Shown here: in pieces, positions 10,669-23,222 of the stretch | Position numbering within the stretch: the first letter of the stretch is position 1 | Layout: each line of letters opens with the position of its first letter | Assembly (NCBI GenBank): GCA_052426225.1 | Contig: JBNJNM010000021.1 | Span: 1,488,001 to 1,552,000, forward strand | Direction: 5' to 3' | Source of the DNA: Zancudomyces culisetae HAW-14-8 | Lineage: Eukaryota > Fungi > Kickxellomycota | Length of the DNA: 64,000 nucleotides | Notes under the pieces: model-generated | Seen by the model: only the letters and a program-made list of their open reading frames with translations | The model's database searches: none | What the model was told of the DNA's origin: nothing | Program-made: the position numbers and the translations under genes

Positions 10669-12229
10669 CAGTGAGTTTCAAAAATGTCACAAAATATTAA
10701 AATAATTTGCAAATTGTAATATCTCGCTCAATAATATCCAGAAATTAATTGTTTTTTATATTATATAATGCACAAATGTTATATTCAGATTATGATTAAA
10801 CTGTATTTTTATTGGTTAAAAATTAATTATGAAATTATAAATTGTAAAAATTTTAAAAATGAGACAATTTTGGGAATATTTCAAATAAAAACTTTAAAAT
10901 TCTGTCCATCTTCCTTTAAACTTGATAACTGCCTCAACTCTTTTGGGCATACTATCTATAAGACCAAGTATTGTTTCCACTGAAATTAAATTCCATTCCG
11001 ATTCTATTCGCTCCCATAATTCGATCATCCCGGACGGAGGTTTACTGTATCTATTTAGGCGTCTTTTGATGATTGCCCATATAGTTTCGATTGGGTTTAA
11101 GTCTGGAGATTGTGGTGGCCAGTCCAATGTATTATATTCCTGGTTTTCAAGCCAGCATGTAACTAACTTTGAGGTATGTTTAGGATCATTGTCATGTTGA
11201 AATATTATTGACTTGGGATCCAACTTGTAGTACTTTATTGTATTGCTAAGCTTGTCTTTTAAAATGTTTAAATAACCTTCCTTGTTTAACATTCCTTCTA
11301 TTCGGCACATGTAGCCAGTTCCAGATGCTGTGATGTATCCCCAAATTATTAATGATCCTCCACCGTGTTTTACGGTCTGGTTAATATTGTGCGGCTGTAG
11401 ACTCACACCATCACGAACCCAGGTCCATTCATTTCCATCAGATCCAAATCGGTTGATTTTAGTTTCGTCGGACCAAATTACTCGTCTCCAATCATCAGTA
11501 GTCCAGTGGCGATGAGATTTTGCGAATCTCAACCTTTTAGCAATATTTTAAAGGCTCAGTTTCGGTTTGGAGGTTTTTTTTTTCAACGGCTTTTAGATCA
11601 TTAAAAGCCCTATATATTGTAGACTTACTAGCACTAACAATATTATCCATTTCTAACTTCTTTTGTATCGCAGTAGCAGATCGATACTCTCCAGATAATA
11701 TCATCCTAGTACATATTCGCTTGCTTTGGGGTGAAAGCTTCGCTGGACGACCGCGTTTATTAGCCGGTAAATCGATATTCATTGCTGCTTTAATTCTGTA
11801 TATTGTTGCTTTACTAACTCCATTTACTATAATGATTTGGTCAATGTTTCTGTCTTCAAGTATCGCGTTTTTTATATCCAGTTTACGTTGTTCAGATATC
11901 ATTTTTTAATAAATTATTCTTTTGATTAGTATTTTAATATTATATATTATTTTATGTAAAAGTTTTAAAAATTTAAATTAGTATCATAAAGTTATGATAG
12001 TTTATATTATTATTTTGATAAATTCCTTAAATAGTCTCATTATAAAAATTTTTTTATTTTATAATTCATAATGAATTTTTAATTAATAATTATTCAAATA
12101 TTATAAAATCTGAATATAACATTTGTGCATAATATAATTAAAAAACATATAATTTCTGGATATTATTGAGCGAGATATTACACTTTGCAAAAAATTTTCA
12201 ATATTTTGAGACATTTTTGAAACTCACTG
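10669..12229 (-). mobile_element. Tc1/mariner DNA transposon copy 1
   Basis: TIRs cagtgagtttcaaaaatgtc with long imperfect inverted arms; TA on both sides; inserted in LTR of element C. Confidence 0.97.
10894..11902 (-). pseudogene. Tc1 transposase (DD34E) frameshifted at an A10 run
   Basis: WSDE, FQHDNDPKH, SPDLNPIE motifs; split into ORFs 11537-11902 and 10894-11532. Confidence 0.9.
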
Positions 12230-15200
12230 TATAATTAATACATAATATTAAGGTTTTAAACAAATAATTATATAATTATTAAAAAATATAAATTTATAAT
12301 TTATTATTATTAATGATACACATGTATTGTCATTAACATTAATTATTTAATATTGTATTAAATATACAATACTGATATGATAATGTGTATTCATAACACT
12401 ACCCATCTCTTAAGGGTACTTTCAGATGTTTTTTATTTAGGTTCGCGTTCGTTTTTAATCTTACTGAGCCAAAATTATTGTATTTTTTCATGAGCGTTAA
12501 CATTCTGTTCACGCTCCCAAATATGCTCTTCAGGTCCATATCCTTCGTATCAATGTAATAATATGTGGTACCATCAATTTCATTTGTATTCAAAATTTTA
12601 TTTACCACATACTCAATTTCATTATTGATGATTACTGGTGATGGTGGTCTGATGTTTGTTCGTATCACTAAATCGGATGTGTGATAGTTTTCTAGTAATG
12701 ACACATGAAATACTGGATGTATCTTCTTGTTTGGTGGTAATTGTAGCTTAAATGTGACGTCGTTTATTATTCCTATAACCTTGTATGGACCTATCTTTTT
12801 ATTGTCCAACTTATTTGTAGGCCTTGTAGTTTGTACATTTTTACGTATTAGCCATACTTTATCACCTATTTTGAATTTTGGATGTCGTTTTCGCTTCCTA
12901 TCTGCAAACTTTTTTCCAGTTTTAGTTGCATTTTGTTACACTTTTTTGATGTCATGATGATGTTTTTCCAGTTCTATAACACGGTTTTCAGCACTTGGAA
13001 TTAACTCAATAGTTGGTATTTGTGGTGAAAATGAAGTATCAAAACCATATAATGCTTTAAATCGTGACATCTTAATTGCACTATGATAAGCATTATTGTA
13101 TGAATATTCAGCTAATGGCAGTAGTTTGCACCAGTTATCTTGCATGTAGTCGCTATAATACCTCAAATATTGCTCCAATGTTTGATTAGTACGCTCAGTT
13201 TGACCATTAGTTTCAGGGTGATAAGCACTTGAAAGTTTTATTTTTACGTTTAAAAGTTTGTAAAAACCCTTCCAAAACTTGCTTATAAACTGAGATCCTC
13301 GATCAGAAATGATCTCATCAGGTGTACCATGTAGTTTAAACACGTTTTTAATGTATGCAGTAACAGTTTCGGGTGAAGTCGGCAACTTTTTAAATGGTAT
13401 GAAATGTGCCATTTTAGTATATCTATCAACAATAACCATTATTGTTGTATACCCATTTGACTTTGGGAAATCAGTAATGAAGTCCATAGTTATTGATTTC
13501 CATGGTCCAGGTGCTATAGGTAACGGTTGAAGCAATCCATACTGTTTATGTCTGTTAGATTTATTTTTTTGACATACATCACATGTATTAATGTATTATT
13601 TTACATATTTCATATTTTGTTTTATAAAATAGTTTCGATCCAAATTAAATATTGTTTTATGTATCCCAAAATGTCCAGCAGCACCTGAATCATGCACTTC
13701 TTGTAGTAATTGCATCCTTAATACATCAGGTACATATATTTTTTCATTAATATATATTAAACCATTACGTTTTATAATGATATCAGATTCTTTTAGTTGA
13801 TGTTTTAAATCATTAATGTCGATATTATTCTGCTCAATATATGTTTTAATGTTAATTATAAATTCACTTTGTGGTATTATGATTGCATTAATAAAGTGTT
13901 TTCCCTCAATAATATTGTGATTTAAAACTTTTGAATGAACACTATTACTATATCTTGAAAGTGCATCAGGTTTACCACTTTGTTTTCCTGGTCTGTAGGT
14001 GATGTCAAAGTATATTCATTTAGTAATAAAGACCATCTTGCATGTCTTCTGTTCAATATTTTTGCATTTTTGAATTATTCTAAATTCTTATGATCAGTAT
14101 AAATTAAAAATTTTTGTGATGCTCCTTGTAAGTAATGACGCCATTCTTTAATTGCATTGATAATTGCTAACAGATCTTTGTCATAAATATCATAATTTGT
14201 TTCAGCTTTATCCAGTTTGTGAGAGTAATATGCACATGGGGCGAGCATCCCATCATCATTATATTGTGATAAAATAGCTCCAATTGCATAATCTGAAGCA
14301 TCCGTTTCAACTATAAACTGTTTATCTGGGTTTGGGTATTGTAATATTGGTGTAGATGTCAACATATTTTTTATTGTATCAAATGATTTTGCTCTTTAGA
14401 TGACCATTCCTACTTTTTATCCTTTTTTAACAGCTCTGTAAGTGGTCTAGTAACCTTGGAAAACCCTTCAATAAACTTCCTGTAATAATTTGCGAAGCCC
14501 ATAAATACTTGTATATCCTTTGGTTTAGTTGGTGTATCCCATTCGTGTACACATTTAGTTTTATCTGGATCAGATGATATGCCTTTATCACTTTAATATG
14601 TCCTAAAAATGTCACTTTTTTGACGTCAAACTCGCATTTTTCGAGTTTACAATACAGTTTATGCTTCCTTAATTTGCTTAAAACATTTTTAACATGCGCC
14701 GTATGTTGTTATATATCCGGTGAAAAGATTAGTATATCATCTAGGTAAGATATTGCGTACACATCCAATATATCTCTTATCACATCATTAATAAAATGTT
14801 GAAAAGTTGCGGGTGCATTAGTCAATCCAAATGGCATAACTTGATACTCGTAATGTCCATATCTGCATATAAATGCGGTTTTAGATTCATCACCTTGCTT
14901 AATTCTGACCAAGTTATATGCACTACGAAGATCCAATTTTGTAAATATTCGTGCATCCTTTAATCTGTCAAACACCTCATCAATTCTAGGCAACGGATAC
15001 CTGTTTTTAATAGTGTTTTCATTCAGTTTTCTGTAATCTACACACAGTCTTAGCTCACCAGATTTCTTTTTTACAAACATTATAGGCGCACCATAAGGTG
15101 ATTTTGAATGCCTTATAAACTTGTTTGCAAGATTCTTGTCGATGTACGACTTTAATTCAGTTAGCTCAGTTTGAGATAGTGGGTATATTGGACCCCATAA

Positions 15201-15609
15201 TGGTTTAGAATCTTCTTTTAAATCGATTCTACAGTCATATTCACGATGGTTTGGCAATGTTTCAGCCATTTTTGCATCAAAGACGTCAGTAAATTCAATA
15301 TATTTTGTAGGTATAACATTAGGAGTAGATGTATTATCAGTATTTTTATCATTTGAAACAGTTTTGATGTCAGTATCATACTTGAAAATTTTTTTTTAAT
15401 CCATTTTTTCATCAATATTTTCATTTAAATGATGTGTTTTATCAGTTGAAAAAGCAGCAATATCCATTAAATTTGTATCATCTTGCTGTAATAAGTAGTG
15501 TCCTTGTTGTTATATGATGTAACAGTAGTAGAAAATGTAATTGAAGTAACTTGAGTAGCAGATGGAATAACTATAGGTGTTCTTATTTTGATATTATTAA
15601 CACTTATAG

Positions 15610-15921
15610 TGTCAAGGTCTGGACTTGGATAAAATATAATTATTAATAAACTAGACTATAAATGAATAACTAAACGAAACTAAACTCGTTGTAAAACTTA
15701 TCGTTCCATCATGATAATCGTATAGCTAATATACTTTTCATGATGTGACGATAATGTTAAAAATATACGTATTTAAAACATAACTAAAACATAACTAAAA
15801 CATAACTAAAACATTTAAATTAATAATGTGGAGGTCAGTAAATGTTATGGTTATAATTGATAAATTATATGAAACCTTTGTCTCCACAGGACAATGTTTC
15901 ATATAATTTAAAACCATAACA
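15610..15921. repeat. Probable solo LTR inside the protease region of element C
   Basis: Starts tgtcaaggtctgga like the 26742 repeat; contains (cataactaaaa)x3 and a long hairpin 15843-15922; no TSD seen. Confidence 0.45.
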
Positions 15922-16459
15922 TGTACTAAGCATGTTACCATCAATAGCTATAATACTGAATGGGATGTCAAGTGGTCAAGGTGATAAATTTAACTTTTTT
16001 GCGACATTAACGTCGAAAAAGTTCTCAGATGAACCACATCAATGAGGCAGTCAACTTGAATTGGTTCAGAGATGTCAGTAGCAATGTTTACTGTCAAAAC
16101 TGGTTTAGGAATATTTAGCTTAGTACTATTTTATTTATATATATAAGACAATTGTTGTCAGATAAGGAATAGAAATTTTAAGGAAAAAACTAGGGTTTTT
16201 ATACTTATAAAAAAGTTAGAAACTTGAATAAAAATTATTGCGTCTATCGCTTGATTACTAATCAAAATGTTCTAGACAGGAATTTATTATTAAAATCATT
16301 AAGTAATAATAAAATTTCCAGTATGTTCTTAGAAAATCATGAAATGATAATTACGAATTTATTAATTAAAATTCGTAATTTAAACTTACCAATAAATATA
16401 AATAGACACAACGGTCTAGAATTTAATTATATTTTATGGTTATGACAGTATCTCCCTCT

Positions 16460-19400
16460 TTAATGGTGAGCACCGCGAGGCTTAGGTCTTGTGGGGTTCC
16501 GCAGATGATAGTCCTTGACCAACTCTTGTGCATTTTCTAAGTTTATGGCAGGTTCCCACGATCTAGAGTCTATATCGTATCCCTTCCAATCAACTAGGTA
16601 CTCAAGCTTGTTGTACCTGACTCTGCTATCAAGTATCTGTTCTACTTCATATTCATTTTGACCATTTATAACTATAGGGGGAGGGGTTTCTTGAATACGA
16701 TCCATGGTTTCTTTTCTTACGACTGGTTCCAGAAGTGAGACATTGAATACTGGATGTATGCGCATGGAGTCCGGCAGTTCCAACTTGTAGGCAGAGTTTC
16801 CAACTTTTTGGATGACTTTGTATGGACCAATTTTAGTATAATCCAACTTGTTGTTTGGTCTAGTAGTTTTGATGTATTTTTTGTTGAGCCATACAAATGA
16901 ACCGATAGGGAAGTCAGGGGGTTGCATTCTTTTCTTGTTATATGCTTTAGCATATCTAGTATTAGCTTCTTTTATATTTTGGATCAACTTTTTATGTGTA
17001 ATAGAAATGATGGAAGCGAGGTCAGATGCTGCGGGTGAATGTGATATGGATGATATCTTTAAGTTGGGGAGAGAAGTTGGATGGTATCCAAAGTTAGCGA
17101 AGAAAGGGCTGAACTTCGTTGTAGAATGTTGTGAGTTGTTATAGGAGTATTCAGCTAGCGACAGCAGCTCGGACCAGTTGTTTTGATTGTAGTTACAGTA
17201 GAATCGTAGGTATTGTTCTAAAACCTGGTTGACACGCTCGGTTTGGCCATCTGACTGAGGATGAAAGGCTGTGGATAAATTTGTTTTTATGTTTAGTAGT
17301 TTCATGAGGGTTGACCAAAATTTTGAAGTAAATATAGAACCTCTGTCAGATACAATATTTGTGGGGAGACCATGTAGTCGGTATATGTGAGTGAGAAACA
17401 GTTTAGCAGTTTGGGAAGCACTAATCGTATTTGTTGTTGGTATAAAATGGGACATCTTAGTAAACCGATCTACAACAACTAAGATAGCATTATATCCATG
17501 GGAGTCAGGTAAGCTCACAATAAAATCCATAGATATGGACTCCCATGGTTTAAGGGGCACTGGTAGGGATTGCAGGTATCCATATGGTTTATGTCGTAAA
17601 AATTTGCATCTATTGCATAGGTCGCAAGTTGCTATGTAATCTTCTACGAATCTTCTCATGCTTGGCCAGTAATAATTTCTGGTGATGAGTTCTAAGGTCT
17701 TTAATCTTCCTAAGTGACCAGCAGTGTTTGAGTTATGTGGTTGTAGAGTATTTGTAGCTTGATGTTGTTACTATTTGGTACATAAAGTAGTCCTTTGTAA
17801 AATAGTAGTCCATTGGTTAATTTGAAGTCAGACAGGCGTTTTGATAAAATAGGTGGAGGTCTAAGCTTAGGGTTTTGTAGGTGTTTGAATATGGTATAGA
17901 TGTAGGGGTCTATTGAGTAGGCATTTTCAATATCTGTTATCAAGTTATCATTGTTTTGTAGTCGTTCTACTGCTGAAATAATCAATTGTTCCGGCTTTAA
18001 TAGAACGTTACTGTTAGTTATAGCACCATCCCCCTCTTTAGGGTAATGGTCCGGACGACGAGATAAAGCATCAGGTTTTCCGTTTTGAGATCCAGGTGCA
18101 TATTTGATTACGAAGTCATAATTTCCTAGAAGTTCGGACCATCTTGCTTGTCGTCGGTTCAGTGTTTTCGTTGTAGTGAAGTAGACCAAGTTTTTGTGGT
18201 CAGTAATAACTGTTATTTGATGATGCGCACCTTCCAAATATGCTCTCCACTCCTTGAATGCTTCAACTATTGCAAGAAGCTCCTTATCGTAAATTTCATA
18301 GTTCAATTCGGCGGGCTGTAGCTTCCGTGAATAGTATGCGATGGGATGCATAATGTTATTTTCGTCTGTCTGTGAAATTACTCCTCCCAGAGCAAAATCG
18401 GAAGCGTCAGTTTCTACTGTAATAGGTTTGTTCGGATCAAAGTACTTCAATATTGGTGCAGAGGTGAAAGCCTTTTTGAGAGCTTCGAACGAGGACTGAG
18501 CTATGTCGGACCAGTCCCACTTCATATTTTTTTGAAGTAGTTTAGTAATTGGGGTAACGATTGCAGAAAAGTTTTTGATGAATCGGCGATAGAAATTTGC
18601 AAACCCGAGGAAAGACTGAATATCTTTTACACAGGTTGGGGTGGGCCAGTTGTTAACAGCATCTGTTTTGCATGGGTCCATTTGTACGCCGTCATCAGAG
18701 ACAATGTATCCTAAAAACTCTACGCTACGTTTATGAAATGTGCATTTTTCTAATTTTGCATATAATGAGTATTTTCGTAGACGTGAAAGTACTTCTCGGA
18801 CGTGAGTGATGTGATCTTCAAGGTGGTTACTATATATAAGGACATCATCTAAGTAAGCTACTGCGAATTTATCCAAAAAATCAGATAGAACGTCGTTCAT
18901 AAGGTGTTGAAAAGAAGCAGGAGCGTTGCAGAGGCCAAAAGGCATGACCTGGTATTCATAATGCCCATACCGGGTTCGGAATGCCGTTTTCCATTCTTCG
19001 CCTTCAGCAATTCTTATTAAGTTGTAGGCACCACGTAAATCTATCTTTGTAAATATCTTAGCTTGTCTGAATCTGTCTAGGAGTTCGCTGATAAGAGGTA
19101 GAGGATATCGATTCTTTATTGTTACTTTGTTTAGCCCTCTGTAGTCTACGCATAACCTTAGCGAACCATCCTTTTTCTTTACAAATAGTATAGGTGCACC
19201 GGCTGGTGACGACGAAGATCGGATAAAGCCCTTATCTAAATTCTCCTTAAGATATTCTCTAAGTGCCGATAACTCTAGTTCCGATAGGAGTATATGGGTC
19301 CAAATGGCGGTACCGAATTAGGTTCTAAGGGTATCTTATGATCGTATGACCTGTGAGGAGGTAATTGATCGGAGAAGGTTTTGTCGAATATATCTTGGAA

Positions 19401-20390
19401 GTCTAGGTATTCAGGGGGGATGGATACATATTTGGAATCAATATGATTGTGGTTTACGAGATTCATAGGAGCATTATCCAGATCACTAATGTTTGCAAAT
19501 ATTTGTAAAGGATTATTACAATTAATTTTGCAAAATTCTGAGTTAAAATCCAGTTTATCCTTAGGCCATTCGATTTGTGGGTTATGAAGTTTAAGCCAGT
19601 TAATACCAATAATCAATGAGTATTTACCTAACTTAGTTACATCAAAACTAATCGTTTCGTGATGGTGATATGTTTGTAGTTGTAAAGGAATTGTGTTGTG
19701 AGTGATAGATCCAGATGAAATTGATCTACCATCGATTACTAATAGTGGGATAGGAACTTCTTTCTTTAGTAGCGGGATGTTAACTTTAATAGCAAACTCG
19801 GAGTCAATAAAACAGCTAGTGGCACCGGAATCGATCATAGCATTTAGTTTTAAGCTCTTGTTGGCTATGAATAAGGTAACAGGGATTACTAAATGTTCGT
19901 TAGTAGTCGAAGTCATTATAGACGTTAGTGGTTGATCAATTGTAGAAGTATTGATATCATCAAAGTTGTTCGAGTTTGTTCTTGCAGATGGTAAATTATT
20001 AAGTACGAGATGGGATTCGAGGTCCAATTCATTTTCGGAATCGGAGTCAAGGTATGATGAATATTCAGATAACATATAGGATTCAAGTTCAGATTCAGGT
20101 TCAGGTTCAGATTCAGGTTCAGGTTCAGATTCAGGTTCAGGTTCAGGTTCAGGTTCAGGTTCAGGTTCAGGTTCAGGTTCAGGTTCAGGTTCAGGTTCAG
20201 GTTCAGGTTCAGGTTCAAAAATTTTAGAATTAATAAGGCAGTCGTCAAAATCTTGGTGGATAGATTCCGGTTGATAAGAAGTGGAATAAAGGTTCAGGAC
20301 TTGTGGGATTGGACCAGGGGAGGACGGTTTGTAATGTTCGATAAAGCCCAGAGGTACGTCCTTTAAACGTTCTGGGCTGGAGAGTTTTCC
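16460..20390 (-). pseudogene. pol: Pol of element D (PR-RT-RH-IN-chromodomain), -1 frame to gag, two internal frameshifts
   Basis: IDSGAT, YLDD, ETDAS, IN core, chromodomain YEVEQILDSR...YLVDWKGY...WEP; frame breaks near 19285 and ~17740. Confidence 0.9.
20079..20216 (-). repeat. Hexamer microsatellite (GAACCT)n, ~23 units, reading (Glu-Pro)n in the pol frame
   Basis: Tandem ttcagg/ttcaga units; EP frame is contiguous with ORF 19275-20075. Confidence 0.9.
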
Positions 20391-21325
20391 TGTGTGGTGG
20401 TGGCAGCGAGAGTAATTGTGGATCTATTTTGTGGGCGTCTGGGACAGATCGCTATGATGTGGTCAGGGTTACCACAATACAAGCAGAGGTTGTTGTCACG
20501 GCGTCTTTGGCGTTCTTCAGGTGTTATGGGTGGGCGGCGTGTGGATGTTCCGTCAATTTCCATGGGCTGTGTGCGTGGTTGGTGTGGACTTGTAGGGTCT
20601 GATCTGGGTATTGTAGGCTGGTTAAAGGCGAAGCGGCTGCGATGGGTTCTTTCTAGTTGTCTTTCAAAGAGTCTGTTGTCTACCTTGATAGAAAGATCAA
20701 TTAGTTCGTTGAGGTTTTCAGGTCTGTCAAATCTTGCCAGTTGATCCTTGACTTCATCCTTGAGTCCTTCATAATATTGGCTACAAAGGGCGGAGTCGTT
20801 CCAATTGGTTAACGTAGAAAGGCGACGGAAGTCAGTCGCGTAGTTGACAGCTGAATTGGTTTGGCGAAGCCTTCTTAATTGTCTTTCGGCAGTAGACGCT
20901 TGATGTGGGTTGCCAAACACTCTATGTAGTTCTTCAGTAAATAGTTCAAAATCTGTAAGCATAGGTACCGGTGTACGGGACTCGAGGTAGGGTTGTAGCC
21001 ACGAGAAGGCTGCACCACGAAGGAAGGTAGATGCAAAAACAACTTTTTGCTTGTCTGAAGGGAACCGAGATGGCTGTGCTTCGATTACGAGGTTGACTTG
21101 TGAAATGAAATTACGGAGATGATCTCTGTTACCATTATAGTATTCGGGATCTGCTACTCTGGGTTCACGAGAAACGGTCATGGATTGAACGTGTCCAGGG
21201 TTGGCTAAAGAGTCTACACGGCTTTGCAAGTCTCCTAGACGGTTAAACATGCGATGGAGTTCGTTGTACTCGCGGACAGTCATCATGACTGGTGCGTCTA
21301 AATCTTCAATGTGTGTGTCCGACAT
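20363..21325 (-). CDS. gag: Gag of element D (PEG10/RTL-like retrotransposon gag)
   Basis: [26 protein letters not shown]; ATG at 21325. Confidence 0.93.
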   Translation of the reverse strand: MSDTHIEDLDAPVMMTVREYNELHRMFNRLGDLQSRVDSLANPGHVQSMTVSREPRVADPEYYNGNRDHLRNFISQVNLVIEAQPSRFPSDKQKVVFASTFLRGAAFSWLQPYLESRTPVPMLTDFELFTEELHRVFGNPHQASTAERQLRRLRQTNSAVNYATDFRRLSTLTNWNDSALCSQYYEGLKDEVKDQLARFDRPENLNELIDLSIKVDNRLFERQLERTHRSRFAFNQPTIPRSDPTSPHQPRTQPMEIDGTSTRRPPITPEERQRRRDNNLCLYCGNPDHIIAICPRRPQNRSTITLAATTTQENSPAQNV

Positions 21326-23222
21326 GGCTTGGAATAGTAGTAAACTGTTATGGATCTGACAAACTGTCAAAACTGGTTTAGGAATATTTAGCTTAGTACT
21401 ATTTTATTTATTTATATAAGACAATTGTTGTCAGATAAGGAATAGAAATTTTTAGGAAAAAACTAGGGTTTTTATACTTATAAAAAAGTTAGAAACTTGA
21501 ATAAAAATTATTGCGTCTATCGCTTGATTACTAATCAAAATGTTCTAGACAGGAATTTATTATTAAAATCATTAAGTAATAATAAAATTTCCAGTATGTT
21601 CTTAGAAAATCATGAAATGATAATTACGAATTTATTAATTAAAATTCGTAATTTAAACTTACCAATAAATATAAATAGACACAACGGTCTAGAATTTAAT
21701 TATATTTTATGGTTATGACATTTACGGATATAATTGGTCTGTTAATGATGATTTTGTGTTGTTTTTACTTCAAAACACGTTATCCAAAACATGTTTTTTA
21801 ACCATATTTTCATTTATTTTAAGATATTTTTTATCATTATTTTGTTGTTTAATCATTGTATTGTTGCACTCAGCATACAGATGACCTTTTAAACCACACT
21901 TATAACATTTTCTGTTGTTAGATAAGTTAACATTGGTTGTTTTAATTCTATTTTCAGATACTTTTGGTACTATTTTTTGATGTTATTTATCATGCTTTTA
22001 ACATTTTAGAGAATATTGATGTTGTTTTTGTTGTTTAAATGTTGTTATATTTATTATTATTGTTTTCAGATTTGCTATTATATTCTATAATCCTATTTTC
22101 TACTTCATTTGCATTCTGAATTAGTGTATTAAGATCATCACATATTGGCTTCATTATCAAATATTGATGAATATTTTTGTTTAAACCTCTCATAAATTGA
22201 TCCATTAATGCAGCATCATCAAATCCAGCACCTCTTCCCAGTTCTCTAAATTCAGTAGCATATTGTAATACCGATTTAGAACCCTGAATGCATCTACGCA
22301 AACCATTTGCGCACTTGATCTGGTAACTTGGGTCCGATTAACTGGTACTGAAATGTCCATATAATGCTGCAAAATCTTTCAATAATTCACTTTTTGTTCT
22401 GATCAAATCTTGAAACCACATGGCAGCATGTCCTTCCAAATGTGCTCCAATGAATATTATTTTTGCTTTTTCATTTTTAAACGCTGTATCATTAGCCCAA
22501 AATTGCATCTCCAGGTTTGCAGAAAAATAATTGAATTTGTCCGGGTTCCCATCAAATTTTTTGATATCATGGAGTTTGATTTGTTATAAATTTTTTGATT
22601 CTCCACACTCATTTTGTATTAATTATTTAATATTTTTATATCAACTATTGATGAAAAATTTTATTAAGTGTAAATTAATTTTACTATCTTATAATGAGAA
22701 GTTTGTCAATATGTTAGATACCAATATTATACACAATTCTGATGGTATTAACTAATTAACACACAGTTAATTGATAAAAGTTATTAAATATTTTACTAGT
22801 TTTAAACATACAGTAATAATATAATATTAGTTAATAATATCTTTATTATTTTTTAACGAGATTGACAAACTTAATTGTTCATGAAAAAGATTAGGTTACC
22901 TTTTATACAATTAAGTTTGTACTAAAACTTTAATGTAAACTAAAACTATTAATATAACTAATATTAAAAAACAAATAAACTAATATCATTAATATACACA
23001 ATATTAATGATGTTACATTTAATCTTGATCATTGTATCAATATTAATTTTTAAACTAATAATTATATAATAATAAAATAACATAACTTATAATTAAATAT
23101 TAATTAAATAAGATAACTTAAAATTATATAATATTACTGTACACATGTATTGTCATTAATATAAATTAATTAATATTGTATTAAATATACAATATTTATA
23201 TGATACATGTGTATTCATAACA

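Larger units (their letters stand above)
16092..21720 (-). mobile_element. Young full-length sushi/Tf1-like chromovirus D nested in element C
   Basis: 356-bp LTRs 16092-16447 and 21365-21720 with ~2 substitutions; 5-bp TSD TTTAC; PPT next to 16447; no tRNA-type PBS. Confidence 0.97.
10401..23222 (-). mobile_element. Degenerate Tf1/sushi-like chromovirus C carrying nested insertions
   Basis: Related but diverged LTRs 10401-12398 (split by Tc1) and 22712-23222 (tgttagatacc...gtattcataaca); fragmented gag ~21730-22600, RT 14709-15269 (YLDD), RH 14075-14365, IN 12936-13535, chromodomain remnant 12399-12809; no matching TSD, so the two LTRs may come from different copies. Confidence 0.8.

Noticed and set aside
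16224-16445. 73-aa ORF repeated at 21497-21718
   Set aside because: Identity reflects the LTR duplication; TTG start, AT-rich, no evidence of selection.
19925-20248. (Asn-Leu)n protein ORF
   Set aside because: Alternative frame of the hexamer microsatellite; the EP frame is the one continuous with pol.
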